Shown piece after piece: positions 43,872 through 53,606 of a stretch of 64,000 nucleotides of DNA (position 1 is the stretch's first letter; every line of letters starts with the position of its first letter). This DNA is from an uncultured Bacteroidales bacterium (GTDB lineage: Bacteria > Bacteroidota > Bacteroidia > Bacteroidales > JAADJA01). The stretch spans positions 935-64,934 of the forward strand of contig CAYLTG010000001.1 in assembly GCA_964386225.1 (NCBI GenBank), in the 5' to 3' direction. Both the position numbers and the translations under genes were made by a program. Below the pieces are notes generated by a model. The model had not been told where the DNA came from and searched no databases. It worked only from the letters and a program-made list of their open reading frames with translations.

Positions 43872-45098
43872 TCAGTCCCTTGACTTTCCGTACAGCTTGC
43901 CATTGAACCAGTACTCTCCGTAGTATTTCTCGCCGTTCTGCTCGTGCACCCGGTAGTCGTAATAGATCTCGTTGCCATTGAAAAGCCGGACAGTGATCCT
44001 TCCCTGGTCACGGTTTCCCTGGACGGTCCACTTTCCTTTTGCATTTTCTCCTCCATAGGCACCCCAATTGCCGCCACCGCTCAGCTCGCCTGAATAGCTG
44101 GATTCATATTGTTCGTCATAGCTGCCGTCGGGGTAGAACTGGATCCAGGTGGAGGTGTTGGTGGTGAAACTGGCCCACCGCCCCGCGAAATGCATGACCA
44201 GGTCGGAAGTCTCCATTTTCCTGTACACCAGGTTGCCGGCGATCCATCCGGCATCCCTGATGATGGCTTCGCCCAGTTTATCTGGCGTGGAAACGGCCAG
44301 GATGAAGGCGCCGCCGCCATATGGGGACAACGTCCCGAAACCGCGGCCTTTGACCTGCTGACTGTCCATTATGCCCGTGTAATCCCCGGTCAGGATACCA
44401 TCCCCGACAACTGATATTGCTCCGCCTGGCACCAGGTAGTTCATGCCGTCCTGTATCCCGTTCATCATCTCCTGCCTGATCTCCGGCAACGACGTGAGCA
44501 TGTGCGGGAAGACCAGGATCATGCCGGGGATGGTCTGGTGACCCAGGATCAGGCCATCGGATGTTTGCTGGCTGCTCCACCCTTCCGGCGGGATGAACTG
44601 GAAACCCCAGGCAGCGTTGCCCACTGCTTCCCGGCCGGGATCGTTCCCGCCGGTAGCGGATTGTGTTCCTGGTATGTCCATGGCTGTGTTTTTTTGAGAA
44701 GTTATGTCCTGCTGAACTCTGCTGAAGGAAAGGTAGGTCGCCGTGCTGTAGTCAGGATTGTTCCAGGCGTCGGGTTCGATCAATGACAGGATAAGTTCAT
44801 CCGATTCCACGTACAATTCGAAGTATACACTGCCGGCTCCGTCCGAACAGCTGCCTGAAGCCGAATTGCCGCTGGCAATTCCATCCATTGAATAGCTCTG
44901 CCTGGTGCTGCTGCTCAGGGTCCCGGTGACTTTCGAACCGGGCTGAAGTTTCAGGTCGAGCGTAAGCACCACCTCCTGTGTTGTCATTTGATATTGACCT
45001 GAGAACGGATCCTGTCCTGTTTGTGCGGATGACCGGAGTGCGGTGAAAATAACCGGGACCAGCAATGCGAAAATGAGCTTCATGTCCATGATCAGCAT
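43872..45098 (-). CDS. Secreted hypothetical protein
   Basis: 408 aa with signal peptide MKLIFALLVPVIFTALRSSAQ after MLIMD. I recognised no family. Confidence 0.6.
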   Translation of the reverse strand: MLIMDMKLIFALLVPVIFTALRSSAQTGQDPFSGQYQMTTQEVVLTLDLKLQPGSKVTGTLSSSTRQSYSMDGIASGNSASGSCSDGAGSVYFELYVESDELILSLIEPDAWNNPDYSTATYLSFSRVQQDITSQKNTAMDIPGTQSATGGNDPGREAVGNAAWGFQFIPPEGWSSQQTSDGLILGHQTIPGMILVFPHMLTSLPEIRQEMMNGIQDGMNYLVPGGAISVVGDGILTGDYTGIMDSQQVKGRGFGTLSPYGGGAFILAVSTPDKLGEAIIRDAGWIAGNLVYRKMETSDLVMHFAGRWASFTTNTSTWIQFYPDGSYDEQYESSYSGELSGGGNWGAYGGENAKGKWTVQGNRDQGRITVRLFNGNEIYYDYRVHEQNGEKYYGEYWFNGKLYGKSRD

Positions 45099-45212
45099 GA
45101 TTAGGTGAAATGAGTGAAAGGAACGGTCGGTGAATGGATCCTAAATGTACGAAAAATCATCGGTCAGTGCAAGATGAAAAGATTATGCCGGCAGGATGTT
45201 GGGCAGACCCTG

Positions 45213-47984
45213 TTACCTGGCTTTGTGGGAGTGGCCTGTAAGCTGGCTTATGTTGAGCAGCAATTCGCTCCTGTTGAAAGGTTTGGAAATGTAGGCGTTC
45301 ATGCCGGCTGCATAACAACGGTCGACCTCCTCCTTCAGGACGTTGGCCGTCATGGCCATGATAGGGGTCCGTGAGGCGTCCCCGTTCATTGCGCGGATCT
45401 TTGCCGTGGCCTCATAACCGTCCATCATGGGCATCTGGATGTCCATCAGGACGAGGTCATAGGCATTGGCGCTCATCAGCTCAAGGGCGGCGATCCCATT
45501 GTCTGCCACATCGATGACAACCCCGGAGATGGAACTTTCAAGCTCATCCCGGGCCACGATTACGTTGAATTCATTGTCTTCGACCAGGAGGATCCGCAGG
45601 TCTTTGAGCTTGATGTTCAATTCTTCATGGGGTCTTGTGAATCCGGAGGATGCTTTTCCGAAGGGCAGGGTCACCGTGAAAACGCTTCCCTCGTGCCTGA
45701 CGCTCCTCACCTCGATGAAGCCGTTTTGCAGTTCGGCGAGCCGTTTGCATATGGAGAGCCCCAGGCCGGTCCCGCCGTATTTTCTCGTAGTATCGGTATC
45801 CGCCTGGCTGAAAACCTCGAAAATGGTGTCCATTTTTTCAGGGGCGATCCCGATCCCCGTATCGGCAACGCGGAATTGAAGAAAGATCTTTTCGTCATCG
45901 CTGCGGTGGACATCGGCCTCGATGGAGACGTTGCCCTTTTCCGTGAACTTGATGGCATTGCTCCCAAGGTTCACCAGGATCTGGTTGAGGCGGGTCGGAT
46001 CGCCCGATACGAAAGGAGGGACGTTCGCCGACAGGTTGAAGTTGAGGGCGAGCCCCTTTTCCTCGGCCTTGAACCGCAGGATGTTCTTCACATCGTGGAG
46101 CACCTTCTCGGGGGAGAACTCGATGTGCTCGAATTCGATCCGGCCAGCCTCCAGTTTGCTCAGGTCCAGGATCTCGTTCACGATGACCAGCAGGTTCTCG
46201 GAGCTTTCCCGTATGGCGTTCAGGTATTTGTCCTGGCTCACCGGGTGGTCGTTCCGGATGATGATGTCGGTCATGCCTTTGATGGCATTCATGGGGGTCC
46301 GGATCTCGTGGCTCATGTTGGCCAGGAATTGCTGCTTGGCCTTTTCGCTTTGTGTAGCCCTTTCCCGCTCTGATTCAGCCATTAGGCGGTGGCGCTCGGC
46401 CTCCTCCTTCTGTTCCATCAGGGCCCGGCTCGTCTTGCGGATGTAACGCAGGCGGCTGTAAAGGCCAAGGGAGATCACCAGGAACAGGAGCACCCCGGCG
46501 AGGAACAGCCACTTTTGAGTTTCCTGTTCGGCAAAGGCGGCCTCATTCAGGGCATCCTTCTTCTCCTGCAGCAGTTGCTCACGGATCTTTTCCTTGTTGT
46601 AGTTGTATTCCATCTCCAATTCTACGGCGGCGGTCATATTAGCCCGATTGTGGATCGAATCCTTGTATTGAAGCGACACTTGCTGGTGTTCAAAGGCCGA
46701 CCTGTAATCGCCGAGGGTCCTGTAGGTGTCCGCAAGCAGGTTGTTGAGAAGGTAGATCTGTCCGTGGTTATCCTGCTGCCGGGCATAGGAAAGGGCAATC
46801 AGGAAATTGTCCACGGCTTGCCGGCGGTTTTGCTGCTGAATGTCGATCTCACCCCTGATCGTATATATCCGCGTCAGCCCGAAATAGTTCATGATCTCCT
46901 TGGCGGTCTCCTCTGCTTGGGCGATCCACAGCCGGGCGCTGTCAAAATCAGGCTTGCCGGCATAAAGGGCGGCCATGTCGATCTGGGAGGTCATGATCCC
47001 CTGGGGGTTCGAGGACCTGCGGAAGGCCTCGTCCGCCATCCTCAGGTAGGCGATCGCCTTCCCGAATTGTTTCCTCTCGATGAAGATACGGGCTATGTAG
47101 CTGTTGGAAGCCCCGAGGCCGTCGTACTCACGGGATAACTCCCGGAGCCTGGCAGCCTGCAGGTGATTCTCAAGCTCATTCGCTGTATCGCCGGTCATTT
47201 CATAGGTCGTCCCCAGGTCATTCAATACCGTGGCGTACCCGCTGGTGTCGTTGATCTCCTCGTAGAGTTGCAGCGCCTGGTACAGGCGCTCGAGCGCAGC
47301 CTCAGTATCATTCAGCTTTTTCAGGATGGCCGCAATGGTGATGTAGGCGTTGGCGATCCCTTTTTTATCTCCCATCTCTTCACGGATCCGGAGGTCACGC
47401 AGATGGTATTTGAGAGCCACCGAATAATTGCCAACGTAACGGTTGTTGAGCCCAAGGTAGTAACAGGCCAGCCCCTTCCCGTCCTCGTCACCATTCTCCG
47501 TTGCCTGTTCCAGTGCTTTCTCGTAATAGGGGATCGCTTCCAGGTACCCGCTGCGCATGTCGTAAACGCGGCCCATCCTGACGTGAAGATGGAACAGTTC
47601 TTCCGGCTCATTGAGCTCCCGGTAAGTGACCAGGGCCGATTCGTAACAGGACAGGGCATGATCAACCCGGTCAGAGCTTCCGTAGGCGGTGACGAGGTTG
47701 CTCAACGCTTCCGCCTTTTGCTTCTTCAGGTTCCGGCGCTCGGCCGGATCGAACTGTTCCGGACGCAGTTCCAGGTCCTCTTCCATCATCTCAATGACAC
47801 AGTTGCCATATTTGCAGGCGCTGTCGATCTGGTTAACGAGGAGATAATCTGAAGCTAATTTATTCCAGGTGGCGATGAGGCTGTCAATGTTCTGCTGTGC
47901 GGACAGACTGTGAGTTATGACCATCGACAGGAATGCTGTCAACAAGAAATGGGCTGCAAGAGGAAGTCGCCTTCTTCGGTTCAA
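45213..47984 (-). CDS. Hybrid sensor histidine kinase/response regulator with N-terminal TPR repeats
   Basis: 923 aa with a TTG start, a TPR region and a TM segment WLFLAGVLLFLVISLGLY. The H-box is SHEIRTPMNAI, the HATPase motif is GGTGLGLSICKRL, and the receiver is ILLVEDNEFN...LVLMDIQMPMMDG. Confidence 0.9.
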   Translation of the reverse strand: MNRRRRLPLAAHFLLTAFLSMVITHSLSAQQNIDSLIATWNKLASDYLLVNQIDSACKYGNCVIEMMEEDLELRPEQFDPAERRNLKKQKAEALSNLVTAYGSSDRVDHALSCYESALVTYRELNEPEELFHLHVRMGRVYDMRSGYLEAIPYYEKALEQATENGDEDGKGLACYYLGLNNRYVGNYSVALKYHLRDLRIREEMGDKKGIANAYITIAAILKKLNDTEAALERLYQALQLYEEINDTSGYATVLNDLGTTYEMTGDTANELENHLQAARLRELSREYDGLGASNSYIARIFIERKQFGKAIAYLRMADEAFRRSSNPQGIMTSQIDMAALYAGKPDFDSARLWIAQAEETAKEIMNYFGLTRIYTIRGEIDIQQQNRRQAVDNFLIALSYARQQDNHGQIYLLNNLLADTYRTLGDYRSAFEHQQVSLQYKDSIHNRANMTAAVELEMEYNYNKEKIREQLLQEKKDALNEAAFAEQETQKWLFLAGVLLFLVISLGLYSRLRYIRKTSRALMEQKEEAERHRLMAESERERATQSEKAKQQFLANMSHEIRTPMNAIKGMTDIIIRNDHPVSQDKYLNAIRESSENLLVIVNEILDLSKLEAGRIEFEHIEFSPEKVLHDVKNILRFKAEEKGLALNFNLSANVPPFVSGDPTRLNQILVNLGSNAIKFTEKGNVSIEADVHRSDDEKIFLQFRVADTGIGIAPEKMDTIFEVFSQADTDTTRKYGGTGLGLSICKRLAELQNGFIEVRSVRHEGSVFTVTLPFGKASSGFTRPHEELNIKLKDLRILLVEDNEFNVIVARDELESSISGVVIDVADNGIAALELMSANAYDLVLMDIQMPMMDGYEATAKIRAMNGDASRTPIMAMTANVLKEEVDRCYAAGMNAYISKPFNRSELLLNISQLTGHSHKAR

Positions 47985-48190
47985 GTGTGAATATTCTGGT
48001 TGTCAGTTCAATTAACAATCAGGGAGAGGTTTTGTTCGGCAGTTCCATATTCTGCCAAACCTTGAATTAATTTTTCAATGAGTCACTTTTGGATGAAACC
48101 ATGGGATATGTGCATGTCATTGTTTTGGTTGTGCGGGTGAGGGACTGGAAAACTTCAAACCCTTCCGCCATCGGAAATGAAATTTGCATG

Positions 48191-48206
48191 TTCCCCTCCG
48201 GATTCA
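48191..48206. repeat. Left copy of direct repeat TTCCCC(C)TCCGGATTCA bounding the AT-rich islet
   Basis: TTCCCCTCCGGATTCA. The 14-nt core CCCCTCCGGATTCA is identical to the copy at 49371-49387. Confidence 0.4.
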
Positions 48207-48408
48207 TACCCCTGAATTCTGCCATTTTTTTTTGTAGTTGATTTCAGCGATGGTTAGAAATTTAAGTCTTGTATTTTTAATTTTCACATATAAAATTCAT
48301 TTAAAAACATAAGGCCTACTTCCTAAAGTTGAAGCTACGAAAATCAACACCAAAAGAAAGAGTAGCTGAAAATGTAAAAATTATAAACTAACAATTAAAA
48401 TCTGTATC

Positions 48409-49104
48409 ATGAAGAATTTATGTTATTTAATCTTTCTTGCAATAATAGGAGTAAGCTGCAATGAAGTTGGGGAAGTAACTTTTGGAGATATGAATGCCGA
48501 GAAGGATGATGAGAAATCAACTCCAGTTATGGCAGGTAATTCAGAAGAGGTTCAACATCATTATAAATACAATTGTATTGATCATTGTGATGGATCTGGT
48601 GAAGAATGCACCATGTCAATAAATGTTCAACAAGGCTATGTCGAATGTAATTGTGAGGGTTGTACATTGGTTGTTGAAGTTGTTGATCCGGAAGATGGAA
48701 GTAGCCAAACCATAAATGCAGAGACGGAGGCTTTTGGTGCGAGCTATAAGCAAATGATGGATAAACTTCTCAAGAAAAACATGTACCTTAATTTCCTTGA
48801 GGAGTTTGTACAAGAGAAATTTAGTACAAGCTATTATGAAATTACGGCAATAGAACTCGTTGAAGCCGGAGAGAACTATGGAATTATTTATGACTTTAAA
48901 ACCGATAATGAGATTGAAGAATCAGTTATGTATGTCTGGTTGAATAGCTTGGGTGAAGAGGAAGGCCAAACTTATGAGATTGATTGCCATGGTTCCTGTG
49001 ATACTCCAGAAGAAACATGTCGCGAGAGGTTCACTTTTAATCCTCCTGCAGCGGAGTGCACATGTGAAAGTAATAACTGCACCATGACAGTTAAAGAAAC
49101 ATAG
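48409..49104 (+). CDS. Cys-rich lipoprotein with duplicated six-Cys module (orphan)
   Basis: Lipobox MKNLCYLIFLAIIGVSC. AT-rich codon usage differs from the flanking genes. Two modules follow Cx3Cx6Cx12CxCx2-4C, at aa 56-85 (48574-48663) and aa 193-224 (48985-49080). Confidence 0.65.
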   Translation: MKNLCYLIFLAIIGVSCNEVGEVTFGDMNAEKDDEKSTPVMAGNSEEVQHHYKYNCIDHCDGSGEECTMSINVQQGYVECNCEGCTLVVEVVDPEDGSSQTINAETEAFGASYKQMMDKLLKKNMYLNFLEEFVQEKFSTSYYEITAIELVEAGENYGIIYDFKTDNEIEESVMYVWLNSLGEEEGQTYEIDCHGSCDTPEETCRERFTFNPPAAECTCESNNCTMTVKET

Positions 49105-49370
49105 AATTTCACACAGTTGCGTTCTGAATATAAGATTACAAAACCAGGGAATTCTCTGGTTTTTAGGATTCTCCATATTTAATGTGAGTCATCTTATACC
49201 AAAGCATAATTCTAATTTCCGGGTTCATTTTAAAACTTAAGCTGCTTGCCGGGTTTAAATAATACCTGAGTGACAATAATGCCCTGGGTGGGATCATATC
49301 TGTAATCTATAAATAACCCAACCATCACTAAACAATTCCTGAAGGTTTTCTGGAATTCCTTAAACTTTAT

Positions 49371-49387
49371 TTCCCCCTCCGGATTCA
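49371..49387. repeat. Right copy of direct repeat bounding the AT-rich islet
   Basis: TTCCCCCTCCGGATTCA, 62 nt from the 3' end of tRNA-fMet. CCGGATTC also occurs in the tRNA T-arm (49459-49466). Confidence 0.4.
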
Positions 49388-49410
49388 AATAAAATTTGGT
49401 TCCTGATGGA

Positions 49411-49439
49411 AAATAAAAAACCCCACACTTCGTGTGAGG
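49411..49439 (-). terminator. Rho-independent terminator of tRNA-fMet
   Basis: The minus strand reads CCUCACAC-GAA-GUGUGGGG followed by UUUUUUAUUU. The stem includes a U-G wobble only in this orientation. Confidence 0.6.
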
Positions 49440-49449
49440 TTTTTCGGAG

Positions 49450-49521
<72 letters not shown>

Positions 49522-49560
49522 ATATATTTTTGTCGTATCTTTGTGGCGCTTTTGCGGGTG

Positions 49561-49591
49561 CAAAGATAGTAAAGATTATTTATTCCGCAAA
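49561..49591 (-). promoter_or_regulatory. Promoter of tRNA-fMet (TTTG-N19-TATCTTTG)
   Basis: The minus strand has TTTG (49591-49588), a 19-nt spacer and TATCTTTG (49568-49561). This matches the Bacteroidota -33/-7 consensus, ~40 nt upstream of the tRNA 5' end. Confidence 0.55.
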
Positions 49592-49609
49592 TTATTTCAC
49601 TTTATTTAT

Positions 49610-50488
49610 ATGGATCACCGGGCCGGCTTCGTCAACATCATCGGAAATCCCAACGTGGGCAAATCCACCCTCATGAACGCGCTCATCGGGGAAAAGCTGT
49701 CCATCATCACGGCCAAGGCCCAGACCACCCGCCACCGGATCATCGGCATCCTCAACGGCGACGATTACCAGGTGGTGTTCTCCGACCTCCCGGGATTGCT
49801 TCAGCCCAGCTACAAGCTCCAGGAAAAGATGATGGCCTTCATCGACGTGGCCATCAAGGACGCCGACATCTTCCTGTACATGGTGGAGGCCGGCGAAAAA
49901 AGGTACCATGAGAAGATCGTCCGGGAGATCCTGGATTCGAAGGTCCCGGTGATCGTGGTCATCAACAAGATCGACCTCAGCGACCAGGAATCCGTCATGG
50001 CGCAGATGAAACACTGGCAGGAAGTATTTCCCGGCAGCGAGGTGGTGCCGGTATCCGCCCTCAACAATTTCAACACCGCCAGCGTCCTCGGCCTTATCCT
50101 CGACAGGCTTCCCGTCAGCCCGCCCTTTTACCCCAAAGATGAGCTTACCGACAAGACCATCCGTTTCTTTGTGGCAGAGATCATCCGCGAAAAGATTTTG
50201 ATCAATTTCAAACAGGAGATCCCCTATTCCGTGGAGATCGTGGTGGAAGCATTCAAGGAAAGCGAAGAGATCATCCACATTGCGGCCAACATCTACGTGA
50301 TGAGGGAATCCCAGAAGATGATCATCCTCGGCAAAGGTGGCCAGGCCATCCGCAGGCTCGGCATGGATGCAAGGAAGGACATCGAGGCGTTCGTGGAAAA
50401 AAAGGTGTTCCTGGACCTGACGGTGAAAGTGAACAAGGATTGGCGCGACAGCGATCGTGAACTGAAACGGTTCGGGTATGATGCCTGA
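49610..50488 (+). CDS. era: GTPase Era
   Basis: The start is trimmed to ATG 49610 because the ORF-track N-terminus runs through the tRNA gene. G1 is GNPNVGKST, with TTRHRI and DLPG, plus a KH domain at the C-terminus. Confidence 0.95.
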   Translation: MDHRAGFVNIIGNPNVGKSTLMNALIGEKLSIITAKAQTTRHRIIGILNGDDYQVVFSDLPGLLQPSYKLQEKMMAFIDVAIKDADIFLYMVEAGEKRYHEKIVREILDSKVPVIVVINKIDLSDQESVMAQMKHWQEVFPGSEVVPVSALNNFNTASVLGLILDRLPVSPPFYPKDELTDKTIRFFVAEIIREKILINFKQEIPYSVEIVVEAFKESEEIIHIAANIYVMRESQKMIILGKGGQAIRRLGMDARKDIEAFVEKKVFLDLTVKVNKDWRDSDRELKRFGYDA

Positions 50489-50565
50489 CCTCATGAATCC
50501 GTTACAGCTGCCATGTGCCGGGAGAACGATGAGTTATGAACATTTAAAATCAACTGAATAACCCC

Positions 50566-51870
50566 ATGTCAAACATTCTCGCCATCGTAGGAAGGCCCAA
50601 TGTGGGCAAGTCCACGCTCTTCAACCGGCTGACGGGTTCGCGGCAGGCCATCGTGGAGGAAACGAGCGGTGTGACGCGTGACCGGCATTACGGCAAATCC
50701 GACTGGAACGGTGTCAGCTTCTCGGTGATCGATACCGGGGGCTACGTCACGGGGTCCGACGATGTTTTCGAGGAGGAGATCCGGAAACAGGTCGTCCTGG
50801 CCGTCGAGGAGGCCGATGCCATCCTGTTCGTGGTCGATGTCAAAGCCGGGCTGACCAGCCTCGATGAGGATGTGGCCGGGTTGCTCCGCCGGTCGCGCAA
50901 ACCGGTCTACCTGGTCGCCAACAAGGTCGACAACCCCGACCGGATCGGGGATGCAGCCGAATTCTATCGGCTGGGACTGGGCGAAGTGTATTCGGTCTCG
51001 GCCATCAATGGCAGCGGCACGGGTGAATTGCTTGACGAGGTGGTCGCCAACATGGACAAAGAGGCCGTGGAAGACCTGCCCGACCTGCCCCGGTTTGCGG
51101 TCGTCGGCCGACCCAACGTGGGCAAATCCTCCATTGTCAATGCATTCCTGGGGGATGAGCGCAACATTGTCACCCCCGTGGCCGGTACCACGCGCGATAC
51201 CATCTACACCAGATACAACAGCTTCGGGTTCGACTTTTTCCTGGTCGATACCGCCGGCCTGAGGAAGAAAGGCAAGGTCCACGAAAATATCGAATTCTAT
51301 TCGGTCCTGAGGTCCATCCGGGCCATCGAAAGCAGCAATGTGTGCTTCCTGATGGTCGATGCTACCGAAGGGTTTGAATCCCAGGACCTGAACATCTTCC
51401 AGCTCATCACCAAGAACAGGAAAGGAGTGGTGATCCTCGTGAACAAGTGGGACCTGGTGGAAAAGGAAACGAAGACACACCTCGAGTTTGAGGAACTGAT
51501 CCGCCAGAAAATAGCGCCGTTCCGGGATGTCCCCATCCTGTTCACCTCGGTGCCCAAAAAGCAACGGATATTCAAAGCGCTCGAGATAGGAACCCGGGTA
51601 TACAAGAACATGTCGTTCAGCATCCCCACCGCCAGGCTCAACGACCTGCTGCTGCCCATCATTGAAAAGACCCCCCCGCCTGCGGTAAAGGGGAAATATG
51701 TCCGCATCAAGTACGTCACCCAGCTGAAGACCGCTTTCCCGGCCTTCGCCTTCTTCTGCAACCTGCCGCAATATATCCGTGATCCCTACAAGCGTTTCCT
51801 GGAGAACCAGATCCGCGAACAATTCGATTTTACCGGGGTGCCCATTCAGATCTATTTCAGGAAGAAGTAA
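50566..51870 (+). CDS. der: Ribosome-biogenesis GTPase Der (EngA)
   Basis: There are two tandem GTPase domains ([12 protein letters not shown] and [12 protein letters not shown]) and a KH-like C-terminus. Confidence 0.95.
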   Translation: MSNILAIVGRPNVGKSTLFNRLTGSRQAIVEETSGVTRDRHYGKSDWNGVSFSVIDTGGYVTGSDDVFEEEIRKQVVLAVEEADAILFVVDVKAGLTSLDEDVAGLLRRSRKPVYLVANKVDNPDRIGDAAEFYRLGLGEVYSVSAINGSGTGELLDEVVANMDKEAVEDLPDLPRFAVVGRPNVGKSSIVNAFLGDERNIVTPVAGTTRDTIYTRYNSFGFDFFLVDTAGLRKKGKVHENIEFYSVLRSIRAIESSNVCFLMVDATEGFESQDLNIFQLITKNRKGVVILVNKWDLVEKETKTHLEFEELIRQKIAPFRDVPILFTSVPKKQRIFKALEIGTRVYKNMSFSIPTARLNDLLLPIIEKTPPPAVKGKYVRIKYVTQLKTAFPAFAFFCNLPQYIRDPYKRFLENQIREQFDFTGVPIQIYFRKK

Positions 51871-52254
51871 ATGACCGCTGGTGTCCGCATCGACAAATGG
51901 CTTTGGGCCGTGAGGCTCTTCAAGACCAGGAGCCTGGCCACGGAGGCATGCCGCACAGGAAAGGTGATCATCGCCGATCAACCGGTGAAACCTTCCAGGG
52001 AGGTGCACGTGGGAGATTTGATCAGGGTCAGGTCGGGTCCTCTCGCCCGCACCGTGGAGGTGAAGGACCTGCTTCAAAACCGGGTGGGCGCCAAGCTGGT
52101 CGGCAACTACCTGGTGGACCATACTCCTCCCGAAGAGTACGACCGGCTGAAGCTGATGAATGCGGGCCACTTCGAACAGCGCGACAGGGGAGTGGGCAGG
52201 CCGACGAAAAAGGAACGAAGGCTCATTGAAAAACTCAAAAAATCAAAGTTTTAA
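51871..52254 (+). CDS. hslR: S4-domain RNA-binding protein (Hsp15-like)
   Basis: RIDKWLWAVRLFKTRSLATEACRTGKV is an S4 motif. The gene starts immediately after the der stop. Confidence 0.8.
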   Translation: MTAGVRIDKWLWAVRLFKTRSLATEACRTGKVIIADQPVKPSREVHVGDLIRVRSGPLARTVEVKDLLQNRVGAKLVGNYLVDHTPPEEYDRLKLMNAGHFEQRDRGVGRPTKKERRLIEKLKKSKF

Positions 52255-52341
52255 GAATCATATTTTGCATAATTTTGTGCCCGGATTTACGTTTAGGTCG
52301 GTTCAATAAAATAAAATTCTAATCTTAATAAGTATCATATC

Positions 52342-53214
52342 ATGAAAAAGTTCCTTTATCTCTTGCTGGTGCTGCCCCTTTTGATAGGGTGTAACCAGAA
52401 GAAACTCGAAAAACTGGAAAGCAGCCACGACAGCCTGATGCAGCAAGCATATGCGAAGGATCAGGCACTCAACGATTTCCTGAAGGCCATGAACGACATC
52501 CAGTTCAACCTGGACTCCATCAAGGCCAAGGAAATGATCATCAATGAAACCACGGAAGGAAATGTGGAACTCAAGAAATCAGCCAAGGATCAGATCATCG
52601 AGGACATCAATACCATCTACAGCCTGTTGGAGGAGAATAAGCAGAAACTGGCCGACCTGCGCAAGCAGCTTGGGAAATCCAGCTACAAGATCACTGAGCT
52701 GGAGCGAATGATCGCCTCCATGAGCAAGCAGCTGGAAGAGAAGGACCAGGAGATCGCAGCCCTCACCGAGATGTTGAACCAGATGGACATCAAGATCGGT
52801 GTACTGACCCGCGACGTGGACAGGCTCACCCAGGAAGGAGAGGCGAAATCGGAGACCATCCAGCAGCAGTCCGAGGAGATCGAAGCCAGGACCATCGCCA
52901 TGAATACCGCGTATTATGTCGTGGGGACCAAAAAGGACCTGAAAGAGGCCAACATCATCACCTCCGAGGGAGGCTTCATCGGCATCGGCAAGGAGAAGAA
53001 ACTGGCCGACGATTTCAACGTGGATGACCTCACCCGGATCGATATCCGCGAGGTGACCACCATCCCCGCTCCGGGCAGGAAGATCGAGATCGTCACCAGC
53101 CATCCCACAGACTCGTATGAGATCCAGAACGAGGGTGATGAGCGTGTGATTGTGATCAAAGACTACAAGGCATTCTGGAAGAACTCCAATTACCTCGTGG
53201 TGGTGGTTCCCTGA
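52342..53214 (+). CDS. Coiled-coil lipoprotein (hypothetical)
   Basis: Lipobox MKKFLYLLLVLPLLIGC. The central part is a long heptad-rich E/K/Q/L region. Confidence 0.6.
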   Translation: MKKFLYLLLVLPLLIGCNQKKLEKLESSHDSLMQQAYAKDQALNDFLKAMNDIQFNLDSIKAKEMIINETTEGNVELKKSAKDQIIEDINTIYSLLEENKQKLADLRKQLGKSSYKITELERMIASMSKQLEEKDQEIAALTEMLNQMDIKIGVLTRDVDRLTQEGEAKSETIQQQSEEIEARTIAMNTAYYVVGTKKDLKEANIITSEGGFIGIGKEKKLADDFNVDDLTRIDIREVTTIPAPGRKIEIVTSHPTDSYEIQNEGDERVIVIKDYKAFWKNSNYLVVVVP

Positions 53215-53240
53215 CCGGAAGGATCACCCCTGAAACACAA

Positions 53241-53276
53241 AGAGCGGATGACCTGGTCATCCGCTCTTTTATTTTT
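53241..53276. terminator. Bidirectional terminator between convergent genes
   Basis: AGAGCGGATGA / TCATCCGCTCT 11-bp stem, followed by TTTTATTTTT on the plus strand. Confidence 0.6.
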
Positions 53277-53288
53277 GTTACGATACGA

Positions 53289-53510
53289 TTAATACTCGTC
53301 TTCGTGAAAGAAAAAGTCCTCCTTGGTCGGATATTCCGGCCAGATATCCTCGATGGCCTCGTACACTTCCCCTTCGTCCTCGATCTCTCTGAGATTCTCA
53401 ATGACTTCCATGGGAGCGCCTGAACGGATGGCATAGTCGATCAACTCATCTTTGGTTGCCGGCCAGGGAGCATCCTCCAATTTTGAAGCTAATTCAAGGG
53501 TCCAATACAT
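53289..53510 (-). CDS. DUF2795-family small protein
   Basis: 73 aa. ...APWPATKDELIDYAIRSGAPMEVIENL... matches the DUF2795 pattern. Confidence 0.8.
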   Translation of the reverse strand: MYWTLELASKLEDAPWPATKDELIDYAIRSGAPMEVIENLREIEDEGEVYEAIEDIWPEYPTKEDFFFHEDEY

Positions 53511-53606
53511 CTCCTTAGTTTTAGGGGTTTACCTTTTTGCAAAAATAATTTATTTTAATACAAATCAAACAAATTCAAAAAAAATCGAAAGAACAATCAA
53601 AATCCT

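Noticed and set aside
48078-48140. 20-codon ORF MSHFWMKPWDMCMSLFWLCG in the AT-rich islet, considered as a Trp/Cys-rich peptide precursor.
   Set aside because: It has no recognisable RBS or promoter context and no adjacent modification or transport genes, and it is too short to distinguish from chance.
50569-52170. 533-aa ORF antisense to der and the S4-domain gene.
   Set aside because: It is an antisense shadow ORF of two well-supported genes with low-complexity composition.
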